A stretch of 64,000 nt of DNA from the NCBI GenBank assembly GCA_964514945.1, contig CAZESD010000002.1, positions 13,369-77,368 on the forward strand, written 5' to 3'. Below the pieces are notes generated by a model. The model was not told the origin of the DNA. It ran no database searches and worked only from the letters and a program-made list of their open reading frames with translations. Source of the stretch: Candidatus Hadarchaeota archaeon. GTDB taxonomy: Archaea; Hadarchaeota; Hadarchaeia; Hadarchaeales; Hadarchaeaceae. Each line of letters opens with the position of its first letter. Position 1 is the first letter of the stretch. This document shows positions 9,649-19,276 of this stretch, one piece after another. Position numbers and translations under genes: made by a program.

Positions 9649-12336
9649 TTACCTCAAACTCTCCTCAATAATTTTCTTTTCAGATTCAGTTATACCATAC
9701 AAACTATAGACCAATTCGTCTATCTCCGCGTCTGTTTTATTTATTTCTTCTTCTATTCTCTGTCTTTCGTCTGTTTTTTTGTCCCCGATTTCATTGAGGC
9801 GTTTGTTAAGAGAGAGCATTTTGTCCACGAGTTTGATAAGGGGTTGTTGTTGGGTTTCTGGAATTATTTTAATCGGTAGTTCATCTATTTGAGTCCCCCG
9901 CAAATCCAGATATCCACCACCGACATGGGTGGTGCCAAAATTTACTTTGTAATAAAAATCAATCACTTTTGAATTTAAGAGTGCAGTTAAAAATCTGAGA
10001 TTGATTTTTTGTTCTTTTTTTGGGATTAAATAGTAAATTCTATCCATTATGAAATTACCGCCGCCTTCATACGCTGCTTTAAGACTTAAAACTGTTCGTG
10101 GCATGAGCACTTTCTCTTTCGACAAAATTTTATTTTGTAGATCAGAAACAACAAAAACATCATCAGAAAGTTTAGGTAAATACCCGCTAACATTTCTAGA
10201 AACTATGCACTTGTGTGAGTTTTTTGTCTTTTCATTTAGTATTTTTATCTTATTTTTTGGTGAACCTCTACGGCATGTGAACAAATCTTTTACCCTAACA
10301 CTCTTTTTAACAAACTTCTCTATTAATTGAAATTTAATGTTTCCAATTTCTTCAAGAAATCTATTATCTCGACCTTCTAGAAACTTGGATTGTTTTATTT
10401 TTACTGTATTCTTATTAAAATGTAAATCTTCTATCTCATTTATTTTTTGAAATGTTATTAAATTGTTTTTTCTATTCATCTCATTACCCTCTTTTTGTAG
10501 GATTGTGATAACTGGATATGTCGATGCATCTTTGAAAATCCTCAAATGAGATACATCAATCAAAGAGATGATCTTGCAGTTTTCAAGAATTATATCCCTT
10601 AATTTTTGGCCGTAGTCACTCGCAATAAATTTGTTAGAAGTGATAAATCCCAAGTATCCATTATTTCTTAATAACTTCATCCCAATTTCAAAAAATAAGA
10701 TATAGATGTCGTATTGTTCGTAGGCACTTGAATATTTCTTAGCGTGAAACAGTTTATCTTTATTTGGAAGATCAGTATTTCTAATGTAAGGCGGATTTCC
10801 GATAACAACATCAAAACCGCCTTCGTCAATGATTTGTTTGAATTCCTTTTCCCATTTGAAAGCCTTATCTCCCGCGACTTTTTCATCGTCAATCAAAGAA
10901 TTACCGCATTTGATGTTTTGCTTTAGCAAGGGCAATCTGTATCCTTTTTCCGTAATTTTCAACAAAAGATTTAACTGTGCGATCTCTACTGCTTGCTTGT
11001 CTAAATCAACGCCGAAAATATTGTTCTTCAAAATTTCTACTTTTTTTGTAAATGTCGTTCCTGTCTCTACATCCAAGCGTGTTTGATTGTAATCTTTATC
11101 CTTCTTGCTGTGGTATTCATTCAAAACATCAAAAGCTTTTATCAAAAATGAACCGGAGCCACAAGCAGAATCCAAAACCCTAATTTTTTCGACATCCACT
11201 GTTTTGTCTTTAAGCAACTCACCTAAAGTATTTCTTACGATATAATCAACAATATAAGTGGGCGTGTAGTAAATTCCCTGCTCCTTGCGGCGGGCGTGCT
11301 TTTTCGCCAAGGTGGCCCGCTTTGCGGTCTTCTTTAGAATGTGGCCCAAGTACTGCTCGTAAACATTACCAAGAACATCAGCATCTAGTGCGGAAAAATC
11401 ATACTTTATTGTCCTATCCTTTGTGTGATCAAGACCGTTTATTATTTCTTCAAGAACCTCATTACTCACATCTAATTGGTCGCATAAGTGAGGTTTAAAC
11501 AGCTCACTATTGTATTCATCCCAAAAATGGCGGAAAACATCAACTATACGTTCAGCAAGAGTGCCTCTATGTTTACTTTCCCATATCCGTAGCACGGATA
11601 ACAATGTTTCTTCTTCTAGTTTTCTATCTTCACAGTTTCTAATGAAAATTAGTCTATCTATAATTCTCTGAACAGCCTCGTCCAACTCCGCCTCAGTGAG
11701 TCGTTTGTCTTTGTTTCTCGCTAGAATATCCTTAGAAAGCTTGGCTCGCCATATTGTCAAATCGTTAAGCAACTGTTCGCCCACAGAACTTTTCTTAGAT
11801 TTTTTGCCCCATTTCTCAGCTTCTTTATCCAATAAGCCCTGTTCAAAACTTTCTTTAGACAGAAGCCACAATTCCTCAAATCTGTCTAAAAACTCTTGGC
11901 GAGGGATAGTTATCGGACGACTTTGAGACGGGTCGGTGGTTTTCCACTCTGCATTAAATATTTTTACGCCTTGATCAAAATCGGTAAGAACGGCCCAAGT
12001 GCAGCCCTTATGCCAAGCGTAATTTATTGCTTGTTCTGCAAACCTAGGATCATCCAAGTCCTCTTTTAGTGCTTTTGCTTCGAGAAAGAATTTTGGGATT
12101 CCATTAATTCTAAAACTGTAGTCAACCCGACCCTTTGATATTGTTTCTTCTCTGGTAACTTCATCGGGATGTGTTTTATTACGAACATCCCAACCCAAAG
12201 CTTCAAACAAGGGTTCTATAAATTCAGCTTTGGTATCCGCCTCAGTATACTTGCCGAATCTTTTTTCTTCGACGACTTTGTCGTATTTCTCAAGAAGCTC
12301 CTTTATTTGCTGTTTGGCGTTTTCCTTGTTTACCAT
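9649..12336 (-). CDS. Type IIG/IIL restriction-modification enzyme of the MmeI family (endonuclease fused to an N6-adenine methyltransferase)
   Basis: N-terminal PD-(D/E)xK layout matching MmeI (RVDYSF..FFLEAKALKEDL); methyltransferase motif I VLDSACGSGSFL and motif IV VVIGNPPY; C-terminal region the size of a target-recognition domain; 895 aa. Confidence 0.85.
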   Translation of the reverse strand: MVNKENAKQQIKELLEKYDKVVEEKRFGKYTEADTKAEFIEPLFEALGWDVRNKTHPDEVTREETISKGRVDYSFRINGIPKFFLEAKALKEDLDDPRFAEQAINYAWHKGCTWAVLTDFDQGVKIFNAEWKTTDPSQSRPITIPRQEFLDRFEELWLLSKESFEQGLLDKEAEKWGKKSKKSSVGEQLLNDLTIWRAKLSKDILARNKDKRLTEAELDEAVQRIIDRLIFIRNCEDRKLEEETLLSVLRIWESKHRGTLAERIVDVFRHFWDEYNSELFKPHLCDQLDVSNEVLEEIINGLDHTKDRTIKYDFSALDADVLGNVYEQYLGHILKKTAKRATLAKKHARRKEQGIYYTPTYIVDYIVRNTLGELLKDKTVDVEKIRVLDSACGSGSFLIKAFDVLNEYHSKKDKDYNQTRLDVETGTTFTKKVEILKNNIFGVDLDKQAVEIAQLNLLLKITEKGYRLPLLKQNIKCGNSLIDDEKVAGDKAFKWEKEFKQIIDEGGFDVVIGNPPYIRNTDLPNKDKLFHAKKYSSAYEQYDIYILFFEIGMKLLRNNGYLGFITSNKFIASDYGQKLRDIILENCKIISLIDVSHLRIFKDASTYPVITILQKEGNEMNRKNNLITFQKINEIEDLHFNKNTVKIKQSKFLEGRDNRFLEEIGNIKFQLIEKFVKKSVRVKDLFTCRRGSPKNKIKILNEKTKNSHKCIVSRNVSGYLPKLSDDVFVVSDLQNKILSKEKVLMPRTVLSLKAAYEGGGNFIMDRIYYLIPKKEQKINLRFLTALLNSKVIDFYYKVNFGTTHVGGGYLDLRGTQIDELPIKIIPETQQQPLIKLVDKMLSLNKRLNEIGDKKTDERQRIEEEINKTDAEIDELVYSLYGITESEKKIIEESLR

Positions 12337-12454
12337 GATATCCCTAGAATATTTGGAATTTTTGGGTATTAAACTGCTCTATCTCGTGAGGTCTAATCAC
12401 CGAACGATTTTTTGCGCAGAAAACTAATTATAGCACAAAGCCTTAAATTAGGCT

Positions 12455-12748
12455 ATGAATAAGAAAGTAGAGAATGCCCGTCTAGTTGCCTTTCTGAATA
12501 ATTATGACTATTCTTTTTGGTATCATAAAATACTTTCATTAGACGAGATTTACAAGGATGAAAATTTCATCAATAAAGTTTTGAGCAAAATGACAGGTAC
12601 TGGTATCGTAGAAATAAGAAGAAGTATCGAATTCGAGATGTTTATGGCCAGTCAGCACCTTATCGAGACCCTATTTATGCTGATAGGAGCAGGACGAAAA
12701 ACTAAAAAAAGACGAGGGTTGGCGGAGCGCTTAATGAGGGGTTATTAG
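12455..12748 (+). CDS. Small hypothetical protein
   Basis: ORF only; lies between two minus-strand cargo genes. Confidence 0.3.
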   Translation: MNKKVENARLVAFLNNYDYSFWYHKILSLDEIYKDENFINKVLSKMTGTGIVEIRRSIEFEMFMASQHLIETLFMLIGAGRKTKKRRGLAERLMRGY

Positions 12749-12843
12749 TGGCACGTATGTGGTAAATAGGGCGACATGACCCGACACCTAGTACGTAAGA
12801 AAATCATACCGAGAACCTTGCCGTGCGGGCAGGGCAAACTGTC

Positions 12844-14232
12844 TCAAGTACTCCAAAAAAATCCCGGAACATAAACTTCTTCGTGGGATAATCCACCATG
12901 TGAGGATTTGAAATGCGTGAATCCTGAACGATAATTTGAGAGGTCTAAGCCTCCGAGGTAACAATTCTCGAAATGAACAACTACTTCCCCAATATGAAAA
13001 TCAGTCCCATAGGACTCACCAGTAATCTCTTCAGTCGCGAATCGTTCAAGTGTTCCAGGCTTAAGCGTTTTCCATTTTTCACCTGCCCAATCATAGCCGT
13101 AAAAACCTGAGCCTTCCTTTTTCACCCGTACAAGTGCAGGTTCGATGTCAGATTTCATTATCAAGGGATGTAAATCCTCAGAATAAAGATTGAGAATAGT
13201 TTGATTCGTTGCATAAAATTTGTAGTTCTTACCTAGGTACTTTTTAAATTTAGGAAAGGGAACAAAACCTTCTGGAACAGGTTTGTGGCCATGATCAGAA
13301 ACAATGAAGGAAAGGGTCTGACCGGAGCCAGATTCTTTGAGTTTACTATCTAAGCTAATTATGTATTGAAAGATTTTGCACAATTCGGATGTGACTATAG
13401 GGTTATCCGCTCCGTACATGTGAGCTAGGTAATCAATTGTGAATCGAACGAAGAGAAGCCAAAACTTCTTTGTCTCGTTTCTCTTGATGTATTTCTCTGC
13501 TTCTTGGGATGTCTCTAGGTTACCTGTGGTTTTTACATAAGTTTCTCTAAATAATTCACTCCCAAAAAAGTAATCTAAGAAACGACGTCCTTCGCTTTGG
13601 CTGTGGGATTTTCCTGCGGTGATAAATCCCAATGCACCGTCTTTATCCATCAATGAGGAGAGCAGGAAATAGGTCGTGATGGGAACCACGCTGGGTAAAA
13701 GCAGCTTTGTATTGTCCGATAGGTTTGGTTTAACGTTGAATCTTTCCCCAGTGTCTACGTCCCAGAACCTATCTGCGAAAACTTTGTGCTCTATTGGGAA
13801 CGCACCTGTGAATAATGATGTTGTAGCTACTGTGGTCATCGATGGGAACGTTGTAAACATTGAAGCTATCTCAGGCTTTATTTTTTCGAAGAAGGGTTTA
13901 CCTGATTTGAAAAATGTGGTAAAGCCCATGCCATCTATCAGGTAAATGATAATGTGATTGAATGATTCTAAATTCACATGAAGTCGGTCCTCGATCACAT
14001 CTTCCAAGCTTGCTCCGCAGTATCCCAGGCGTTGAATGTCATAAAGCGTGTTTATCTTAATATCGGTACCTAACACTCCTGCCTCGAGTCTTCTCTTTGG
14101 AGGACCCTCCCTTTTTTCTAAATACCGCAATAAAGTAGGGGCTATATCGACAATCGAAAACTCGCCCTCGTCCAAATCACGAATTCGTGTGCATATCTTT
14201 AGGCCATGCTTTGTGTTTTCAACGGCTGTCAT
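12844..14232 (-). CDS. Alkaline-phosphatase-superfamily protein (type I phosphodiesterase / nucleotide pyrophosphatase-like; PglZ-like fold)
   Basis: Metal-ligand and nucleophile block IIIYLIDGMGFTTF...PSMTTVATTSLFTG, FIVSDHGH and C-terminal SHGGLSHEEVYVP are all typical of the AP/NPP clan; there is an extra N-terminal domain of ~90 aa. Confidence 0.7.
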   Translation of the reverse strand: MTAVENTKHGLKICTRIRDLDEGEFSIVDIAPTLLRYLEKREGPPKRRLEAGVLGTDIKINTLYDIQRLGYCGASLEDVIEDRLHVNLESFNHIIIYLIDGMGFTTFFKSGKPFFEKIKPEIASMFTTFPSMTTVATTSLFTGAFPIEHKVFADRFWDVDTGERFNVKPNLSDNTKLLLPSVVPITTYFLLSSLMDKDGALGFITAGKSHSQSEGRRFLDYFFGSELFRETYVKTTGNLETSQEAEKYIKRNETKKFWLLFVRFTIDYLAHMYGADNPIVTSELCKIFQYIISLDSKLKESGSGQTLSFIVSDHGHKPVPEGFVPFPKFKKYLGKNYKFYATNQTILNLYSEDLHPLIMKSDIEPALVRVKKEGSGFYGYDWAGEKWKTLKPGTLERFATEEITGESYGTDFHIGEVVVHFENCYLGGLDLSNYRSGFTHFKSSHGGLSHEEVYVPGFFWST

Positions 14233-14299
14233 TCATAAATTCTATTCTTTCCTCTCCTTTAAACAATTCTTTCCTGCCCAGTCATATTTTGAAACCTTT

Positions 14300-14356
14300 G
14301 CGCGTGGTCGGGAGGTGAGTAAGTGAAGGGATTTTCACTTAAGCCCGGCCACGCGC
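14300..14356. repeat. Nested inverted repeat (13-bp outer stem around a 7-bp inner stem) in the divergent intergenic region
   Basis: Outer stem GCGCGTGGTCGGG...CCCGGCCACGCGC with one mismatch; inner stem AAGTGAA...TTCACTT. Confidence 0.5.
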
Positions 14357-14582
14357 GGCCCGCAACCACTAACTTCCAGTTCTTGTGGAGGCTGAAAGCT
14401 TGGAGGCCGCGGATTGCCGATAAACGGTTTGGGGGCGGATAAAAAAGGGCTTCGGTTTTGGGACGTCCAGCGAGGGTTAGAGAAGTGATTTCATCGGAAA
14501 GATTGAGGTCAAACCGATGACTCACGCCCCGCCGAACGCCGAAAGTGATTTTGGGCGCGGGGATAAAAGCTGTTGCGATCGG

Positions 14583-14880
14583 ATGAACGTCAAGCGCCTA
14601 ATCTTCACCCCCGGCGACTCCCTGGCCCGGAGGTTCGACGAGGGATATACCAAGTTCATGGCCCGAATGAGGCGCAAGATGAAGAATGGCAATCGGAGGT
14701 TGGCGATCTACTCGCTTCTTGCTAGGGCGGAGTGCGGGCTTGCTTTCGTGGTCGGGGCTTCGGCGAGCTACTTCGGCTTCGTCATCGTGGTGTCTCTGGT
14801 GCTCTGCCTCTACCCGCTGATTGCTCTCGGTGACCCTTTCTTATGGCGCAGGACATACGGGCGCTTGGTGCGAGGCATCG
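14583..14880 (+). pseudogene. Small-membrane-protein family copy 2: the 5' part is intact and fused to an unrelated GC-rich tail
   Basis: MNVKRLIFTPGDSLARRFDEGYTKFMARM...YGRLVRG lines up with copy 1 up to about 14880, after which homology is lost. The ORF in the track runs on to 15065 through sequence of atypical composition. Confidence 0.5.
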
Positions 14881-15175
14881 ACCCGTCCCTGCCACATGTT
14901 CGCTTGTCGGCGCGATCTTCAACGCCGCCGATGCCTTTCGCCGCTCCCCTCTCTGCGTCCGCTGGTGCGGCCGGATGGATAACCTCACCCAAAAGCTTGC
15001 GCTCTCGGGAAACCGCACCAGCGGATTGCGCGAGCATTTCGGGAGTGAAGGCCATTCCTCCTTGACCTTCTTCGGCATTTTAACCTTGGTGGCGGACTGG
15101 AACCCGAATTATGCGACTGGCTGCACATCGGACGGGATCTCAGCATCTCGCCAGCACTCTCCCGCCAGCCCACTC

Positions 15176-15330
15176 TCGCCATCTCCTACTCACCTTCGAG
15201 GTACTTCCTCACCTTCCGCTGGCGCAGCACGTGCCTTCGGAGCATCGCCTTCCGCCTGCGCACCATCAAGAGCGCGTATCCGGCCGCCCCGACCGCGAGC
15301 ACTCCGACCCCGAGCTCGACCATCATCTCA
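15176..15330 (-). CDS. Small protein with one transmembrane helix (46 aa; translated by hand, below the track's length cutoff)
   Basis: MMVELGVGVLAVGAAGYALLMVRRRKAMLRRHVLRQRKVRKYLEGE; it is a tandem paralog of the gene just upstream. Confidence 0.35.
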
Positions 15331-15549
15331 TTTTTCCTCCTCGAACTTCCTCTTGAGCCTTTTTAACTTCCTCAGTTGCTCCTCGCGTATCTTGGTCCAC
15401 TTCGCCCTTCTCCTGTACTGGCGAACCGCATAGCCGGCCGCGCATATGGCGAGGATTCCGACCCCGAACTCCACTATCATTTTCTCCCCTTCGGCCTTCT
15501 TCGGCATTTTAGGCCACGGCGTGTAGGGGGCACGGTCGCGCGTAGCCAC
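15328..15549 (-). CDS. Small protein with one transmembrane helix (73 aa), paralogous to 15176..15330
   Basis: MIVEFGVGILAICAAGYAVRQYRRRAKW... followed by a basic coiled tail; DNA-level repeat with the neighbouring gene. Confidence 0.4.
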   Translation of the reverse strand: MATRDRAPYTPWPKMPKKAEGEKMIVEFGVGILAICAAGYAVRQYRRRAKWTKIREEQLRKLKRLKRKFEEEK

Positions 15550-15571
15550 TCAAGCGTCTTGTGGTCTATCC

Positions 15572-15871
15572 TCACTCCCCCTCGCCCGTACTCGATGAGA
15601 GAAGTCCTCTGAGTTCCTTGTGTTTTTTCAAGAACTCATAACCCCGCTCGGTGACCGCCCAGTTCGATGGCGAGTTGGTCTGGGCTTTTACCAGTCCGCC
15701 CTTGGCTAGGTCACTTATGTATCGCCTGCACCGGCCGAAGTTCAGGTTGGCCCTGTAGACGATGTGGGTTTTGCAGGCCCCGTCGTCGATAGCACCCAAT
15801 ATATCAGCGTAAATGTCAGTTAGACCCCTTCGCTTTATGCTGTCCATCCTCGGAATTTGCCCAGCCCCCAT
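15572..15871 (-). CDS. Winged-helix DNA-binding protein
   Basis: Pattern KRRGLTDIYADILGAI...RYISDLAKGGLV, similar to archaeal wHTH regulators. Confidence 0.5.
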   Translation of the reverse strand: MGAGQIPRMDSIKRRGLTDIYADILGAIDDGACKTHIVYRANLNFGRCRRYISDLAKGGLVKAQTNSPSNWAVTERGYEFLKKHKELRGLLSSSTGEGE

Positions 15872-15974
15872 TTTTCCAGCAGACTATTCGTGTATCTAAT
15901 TGATACACAAACATACTCTATATTACCCATCACCCTTTAAAGGGATGCCTAACAAGATACACGGATGATACATT

Positions 15975-16166
15975 ATGAGTGCGCTGCGGGATGTGCGGTT
16001 GAAGATACCAGAACCCATGCTCGAGGGGATAGACTTGGCGATAGAGATGGGTCAGGCTGCGACGAGATCCGACTTCATCCGCATGTCAATAGCCGATCGC
16101 CTCAAGGAACTCACGATCGTCGGGGAACTCAAGCTGAGGAAATTCGGAAAGGGTCGAAAGGGTTGA
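15975..16166 (+). CDS. Ribbon-helix-helix (CopG-like) protein
   Basis: RLKIPEPMLEGIDLAIEMG...SDFIRMSIADRL fits the beta-alpha-alpha RHH pattern. Confidence 0.55.
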   Translation: MSALRDVRLKIPEPMLEGIDLAIEMGQAATRSDFIRMSIADRLKELTIVGELKLRKFGKGRKG

Positions 16167-16227
16167 GGCCCCCCAGCCACGATTTTCTGTTCTCCATCAG
16201 TCACACGCCGAACAGTTCCGCGGTGCC

Positions 16228-16587
16228 GTGCAGGACGACCTTGTGAGGGAATACGGCCTCGATGTCTTGGAGTTCGTCCCAGACACCGCCGTTCTATGCC
16301 CATACTGCAGGGGGGTGATGGTTAGGAACGGCACAATAGCCATTGAAAAGTGGACGGCGCATAACTACCTCTGCCGAAAGTGCGGTAAACAGCGGAGAGT
16401 TCCGACCAAGGCTCAGATGAGAAGAATTGAGGGGTTGGCTTCGAAGCGAGAAGGGGTTACAAGAGTAAGCTCCGATGTTACGAGTCCCCCTAGTTCTTCT
16501 CCCTCATCTAAGAGACCCAAAAAGAGAAGAAAGCAACCGATCGTCCTTGACGGAGTTGGAAAATTTAAGACTCTCTACGAGTTTTAA
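16228..16587 (+). CDS. Zinc-ribbon protein with a basic Ser/Pro-rich tail
   Basis: CPYC...17 residues...CRKC forms a four-Cys ribbon; hairpin terminator-like inverted repeat at about 16600..16632. Confidence 0.5.
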   Translation: MQDDLVREYGLDVLEFVPDTAVLCPYCRGVMVRNGTIAIEKWTAHNYLCRKCGKQRRVPTKAQMRRIEGLASKREGVTRVSSDVTSPPSSSPSSKRPKKRRKQPIVLDGVGKFKTLYEF

Positions 16588-16660
16588 GGCACTTTAGGGA
16601 AACGTCGCCCTAGAGAGACGTTATCCCAAACTAAAAATAACGGAGATCCAAAGTAAAATT

Positions 16661-17689
16661 ATGTCCAAAAATACAATTAAAAAATTGAGAAGGGAAGGGG
16701 CTAAATCTTTCGAAGAATTTAAAAAACACCTAGCAAAATTCAAAATCATCTATATCACACTTTTTATTTGTCTCACATTTTTTTATCTGATCCCTTATAG
16801 TGAAGATGTAGGCTTTTTCTCTCTTTCTATTTTTCTACTTCTCCTCATGCCTGTGGAATACGGTATCATTAAAGGTGGTTCTAATAAAGCCGAATTAAAA
16901 ACGCTATGGAAAATTTTGACAGGTCTTATATTGCTCGAAACGTTGGTTCTCTTGCTTGTTTTTTACCGTCATATCCATTACTTTGTTGCTCACCCTGATT
17001 GGTTTCCATTCTTACTTTTTTTTGTCGGTCTCTTTTTACTAGGGGGATGTATAGGGGGTATGCTCTATAACTCATATATAGCATCATCTGGAACACTATT
17101 GTTAATTGCTTTTTACTATAATGTCTCCAAAGCGTGGTGTTATTTGCAAAGAAAGCCGAGTCCTAAGCCATTCTATTTTAAATTTTCTAACCAAAATCAA
17201 CTAAATCATAATATTCTCCAAGATTTTCTTTATTACTTTACTGAGATTCTTTGGTTTTCGTCATGGTTCATATTGCTTATAATAAGTACAATGACTGTGC
17301 CCCCCAAGGTGATTACATCTTTTTCGGAGATCGGGGGAATTAGTATCCTCCTGTGGTCAATTATTTCAAGTTTGTTTATTTTTCCGTTGTTTTTAGCGGA
17401 ATCATCGGGTGTCCTCTGGCAGGGGAAAACCGTAAGCGTCAAGCGATTTCATAAGTACTTGTCTATTTTCTTTCTCTTTGTTGTTGCAGTAAAATTTGCA
17501 ACTTGGGGAGAATCCTTTGTCCCCCAATTTTTGTATGCGTTGCTCTTATGCGTATTCGCACAATCCGGGCTTGCTTTTGGTTATGTTATCACAGAAAAGG
17601 TTGCAAATAAACGTTTTATTAGATTAGCATATTTCTTTTACAGATTGGGAAAATGGACTGGCCTTGAGGCATCCGCAAGCAATCCATGA
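16661..17689 (+). CDS. Polytopic integral membrane protein
   Basis: At least 8 hydrophobic segments; AT-rich. Confidence 0.55.
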   Translation: MSKNTIKKLRREGAKSFEEFKKHLAKFKIIYITLFICLTFFYLIPYSEDVGFFSLSIFLLLLMPVEYGIIKGGSNKAELKTLWKILTGLILLETLVLLLVFYRHIHYFVAHPDWFPFLLFFVGLFLLGGCIGGMLYNSYIASSGTLLLIAFYYNVSKAWCYLQRKPSPKPFYFKFSNQNQLNHNILQDFLYYFTEILWFSSWFILLIISTMTVPPKVITSFSEIGGISILLWSIISSLFIFPLFLAESSGVLWQGKTVSVKRFHKYLSIFFLFVVAVKFATWGESFVPQFLYALLLCVFAQSGLAFGYVITEKVANKRFIRLAYFFYRLGKWTGLEASASNP

Positions 17690-17848
17690 ATTTCATTTCG
17701 TCAAGCGTCAGCCGATTGCGAGAGAGGTGAGCTGCCGAAGGGATCTTCTTGCAACAGGTGCATTCACCCCCCAAATTCATATGAAAAACCTTAAAACTAT
17801 ATCTTGGAAAGTAGAAAAAAGGAGGCAAACCGTGCATGATGTGAGAAC

Positions 17849-18094
17849 ATGATCGTTACGACAACAGATACTATACCTGGAAAGAAAATTGTTAAGATCT
17901 TAGGAATTGTTTTCGCTTCAAGCGGATCGATGGCAAAGCCAACAATAGAAGAAGCACGAGAAGATGCATGTGAAAAATTAAAAAAAGAAGCGGAGAAGCT
18001 AGGAGCCAACGCGATAGTAGGAGTCAAAGCGGAGCACGTAGTTACACTGGCCTGTGCAATAACTTTAACTGGAACCGCCGTAGAAATAAAATGA
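17849..18094 (+). CDS. YbjQ/UPF0145-family (DUF74) protein
   Basis: MIVTTTDTIPGKKI...EEAREDA...LGANAIVGV matches the UPF0145 consensus. Confidence 0.6.
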   Translation: MIVTTTDTIPGKKIVKILGIVFASSGSMAKPTIEEAREDACEKLKKEAEKLGANAIVGVKAEHVVTLACAITLTGTAVEIK

Positions 18095-18248
18095 TTATCG
18101 AATAACCGCAGGTTTTTCAGCATCCCAGAGCAGGCTCGCTTTCACCGTCTGTTTCACGGGGACTTCTTCCAAGCAAACGATCCTGACCTCATATTTCTTG
18201 AGGCCGAATTTTCATCTGCCCTAACACCGATGGAAATCCAGCTGGTTA

Positions 18249-18470
18249 CTAGGCTAGACCAATCATCCACCCGGCCAGCCACCCGATCGCGAACCAGTAG
18301 AGCATGTCAAGGTTGAGGAGAAAAGACGCCTTGTAGCCGACGCCCCGCGCTAGGCGCCCGTAAACTTTCCTCCAAACATGCGGGTCGCCTAGTGCAATCA
18401 GCGGGTAGAAACAGAGCACCAAGGGCACCACTATGGCAAAACCAAAGTAGCTAGGTTTTCCTTAGCGGAG
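18249..18470 (-). pseudogene. Small-membrane-protein family copy 3, a fragment holding only the 3' part
   Basis: Homology begins at SYFGFAIVVPLVLCFYPLIALGDP...; a stop codon lies immediately upstream in the same frame. Confidence 0.55.
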
Positions 18471-18471
18471 A

Positions 18472-19188
18472 TTATTTTAGCCATCCTTCAGGATATGGTG
18501 CAATGTCTGATTTCCCAGATAGTTCATCAACCTCAACAAATAATATTTTTAAGTCGGGATGTTGTTCATTTTTTTCTTCAATGTATTTTTCGTATTTTTC
18601 TTTTAGATACCTTTTACATTCTTTTTTATGATATTGGTAAGCCTTTTCTTTTTTATCTGTCCGTTTTCCGCTCGCTTTTATAAACGAGAGGATATACGCA
18701 TGTGTGACCTTGTTCCCTTTGTCGGTTAACTTTTTGAAATCACGATTGAAATGGTTCTTAAAACTCCCGTAGTTGAGAGACCTTTTAATCGGCTTATCGG
18801 TTTCAAGATCAAACGAGAACTCAATTGCTACAAATGGGGTATTTTCTTTAGAACCTAAAATTGCGAGATCAAAACTAGCAAGAGTTCCATCGTTGACCAA
18901 TTTTTCCTTTATTATTCTGTATCGTTGTTTTGTGGGATGTCCCCCTCTTATTTCGCACTGTTTTAAATTCTGTTTTAGATTTCTGTAAAGTTTGTAATGC
19001 AGATATTTCTCGCCGAAAAACGAAAGCATTTCTCTCTCATTTTCACCCCATTGACGGTACTGTATGAATTGCTCTTTTAGTTTCTTGATACAACTTTCTA
19101 CTTTTTCAACACATTCTTTTTCAGAAATCATTTTTTCCACCCTAGCATCCACGCCTTGATAGCGCCAACAAGTTCCTTTAGGTCTCAT
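18472..19188 (-). CDS. Hypothetical Lys-rich protein, bracketed by partial small-gene copies in direct orientation
   Basis: 238-aa ORF, AT-rich, no recognisable motif. Confidence 0.45.
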   Translation of the reverse strand: MRPKGTCWRYQGVDARVEKMISEKECVEKVESCIKKLKEQFIQYRQWGENEREMLSFFGEKYLHYKLYRNLKQNLKQCEIRGGHPTKQRYRIIKEKLVNDGTLASFDLAILGSKENTPFVAIEFSFDLETDKPIKRSLNYGSFKNHFNRDFKKLTDKGNKVTHAYILSFIKASGKRTDKKEKAYQYHKKECKRYLKEKYEKYIEEKNEQHPDLKILFVEVDELSGKSDIAPYPEGWLK

Positions 19189-19276
19189 CTAAATCCCTGA
19201 GCTGGATTTTGTTTTCCGCCGATTTCGCCCGCTCCGCCGTAGAAGCGAAGGGTTGTCATTTTTCACCCTAGTCAAA

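Noticed and set aside
9649-14232. A BREX system (PglX plus PglZ)
   Set aside because: The methyltransferase has an MmeI-type N-terminal PD-ExK nuclease and is under 900 aa, which makes it a type IIG RM enzyme and not PglX. No brxA, brxB, brxC or brxL-like genes are present, and the AP-family protein is too short for a typical PglZ.
14782-15450. Many overlapping ORFs of 60-200 aa on both strands
   Set aside because: These are a GC-rich composition artefact. The ORFs overlap each other in all frames and their translations are low-complexity and rich in Arg, Pro, Ala and Ser. Only the two small transmembrane-protein genes were retained.
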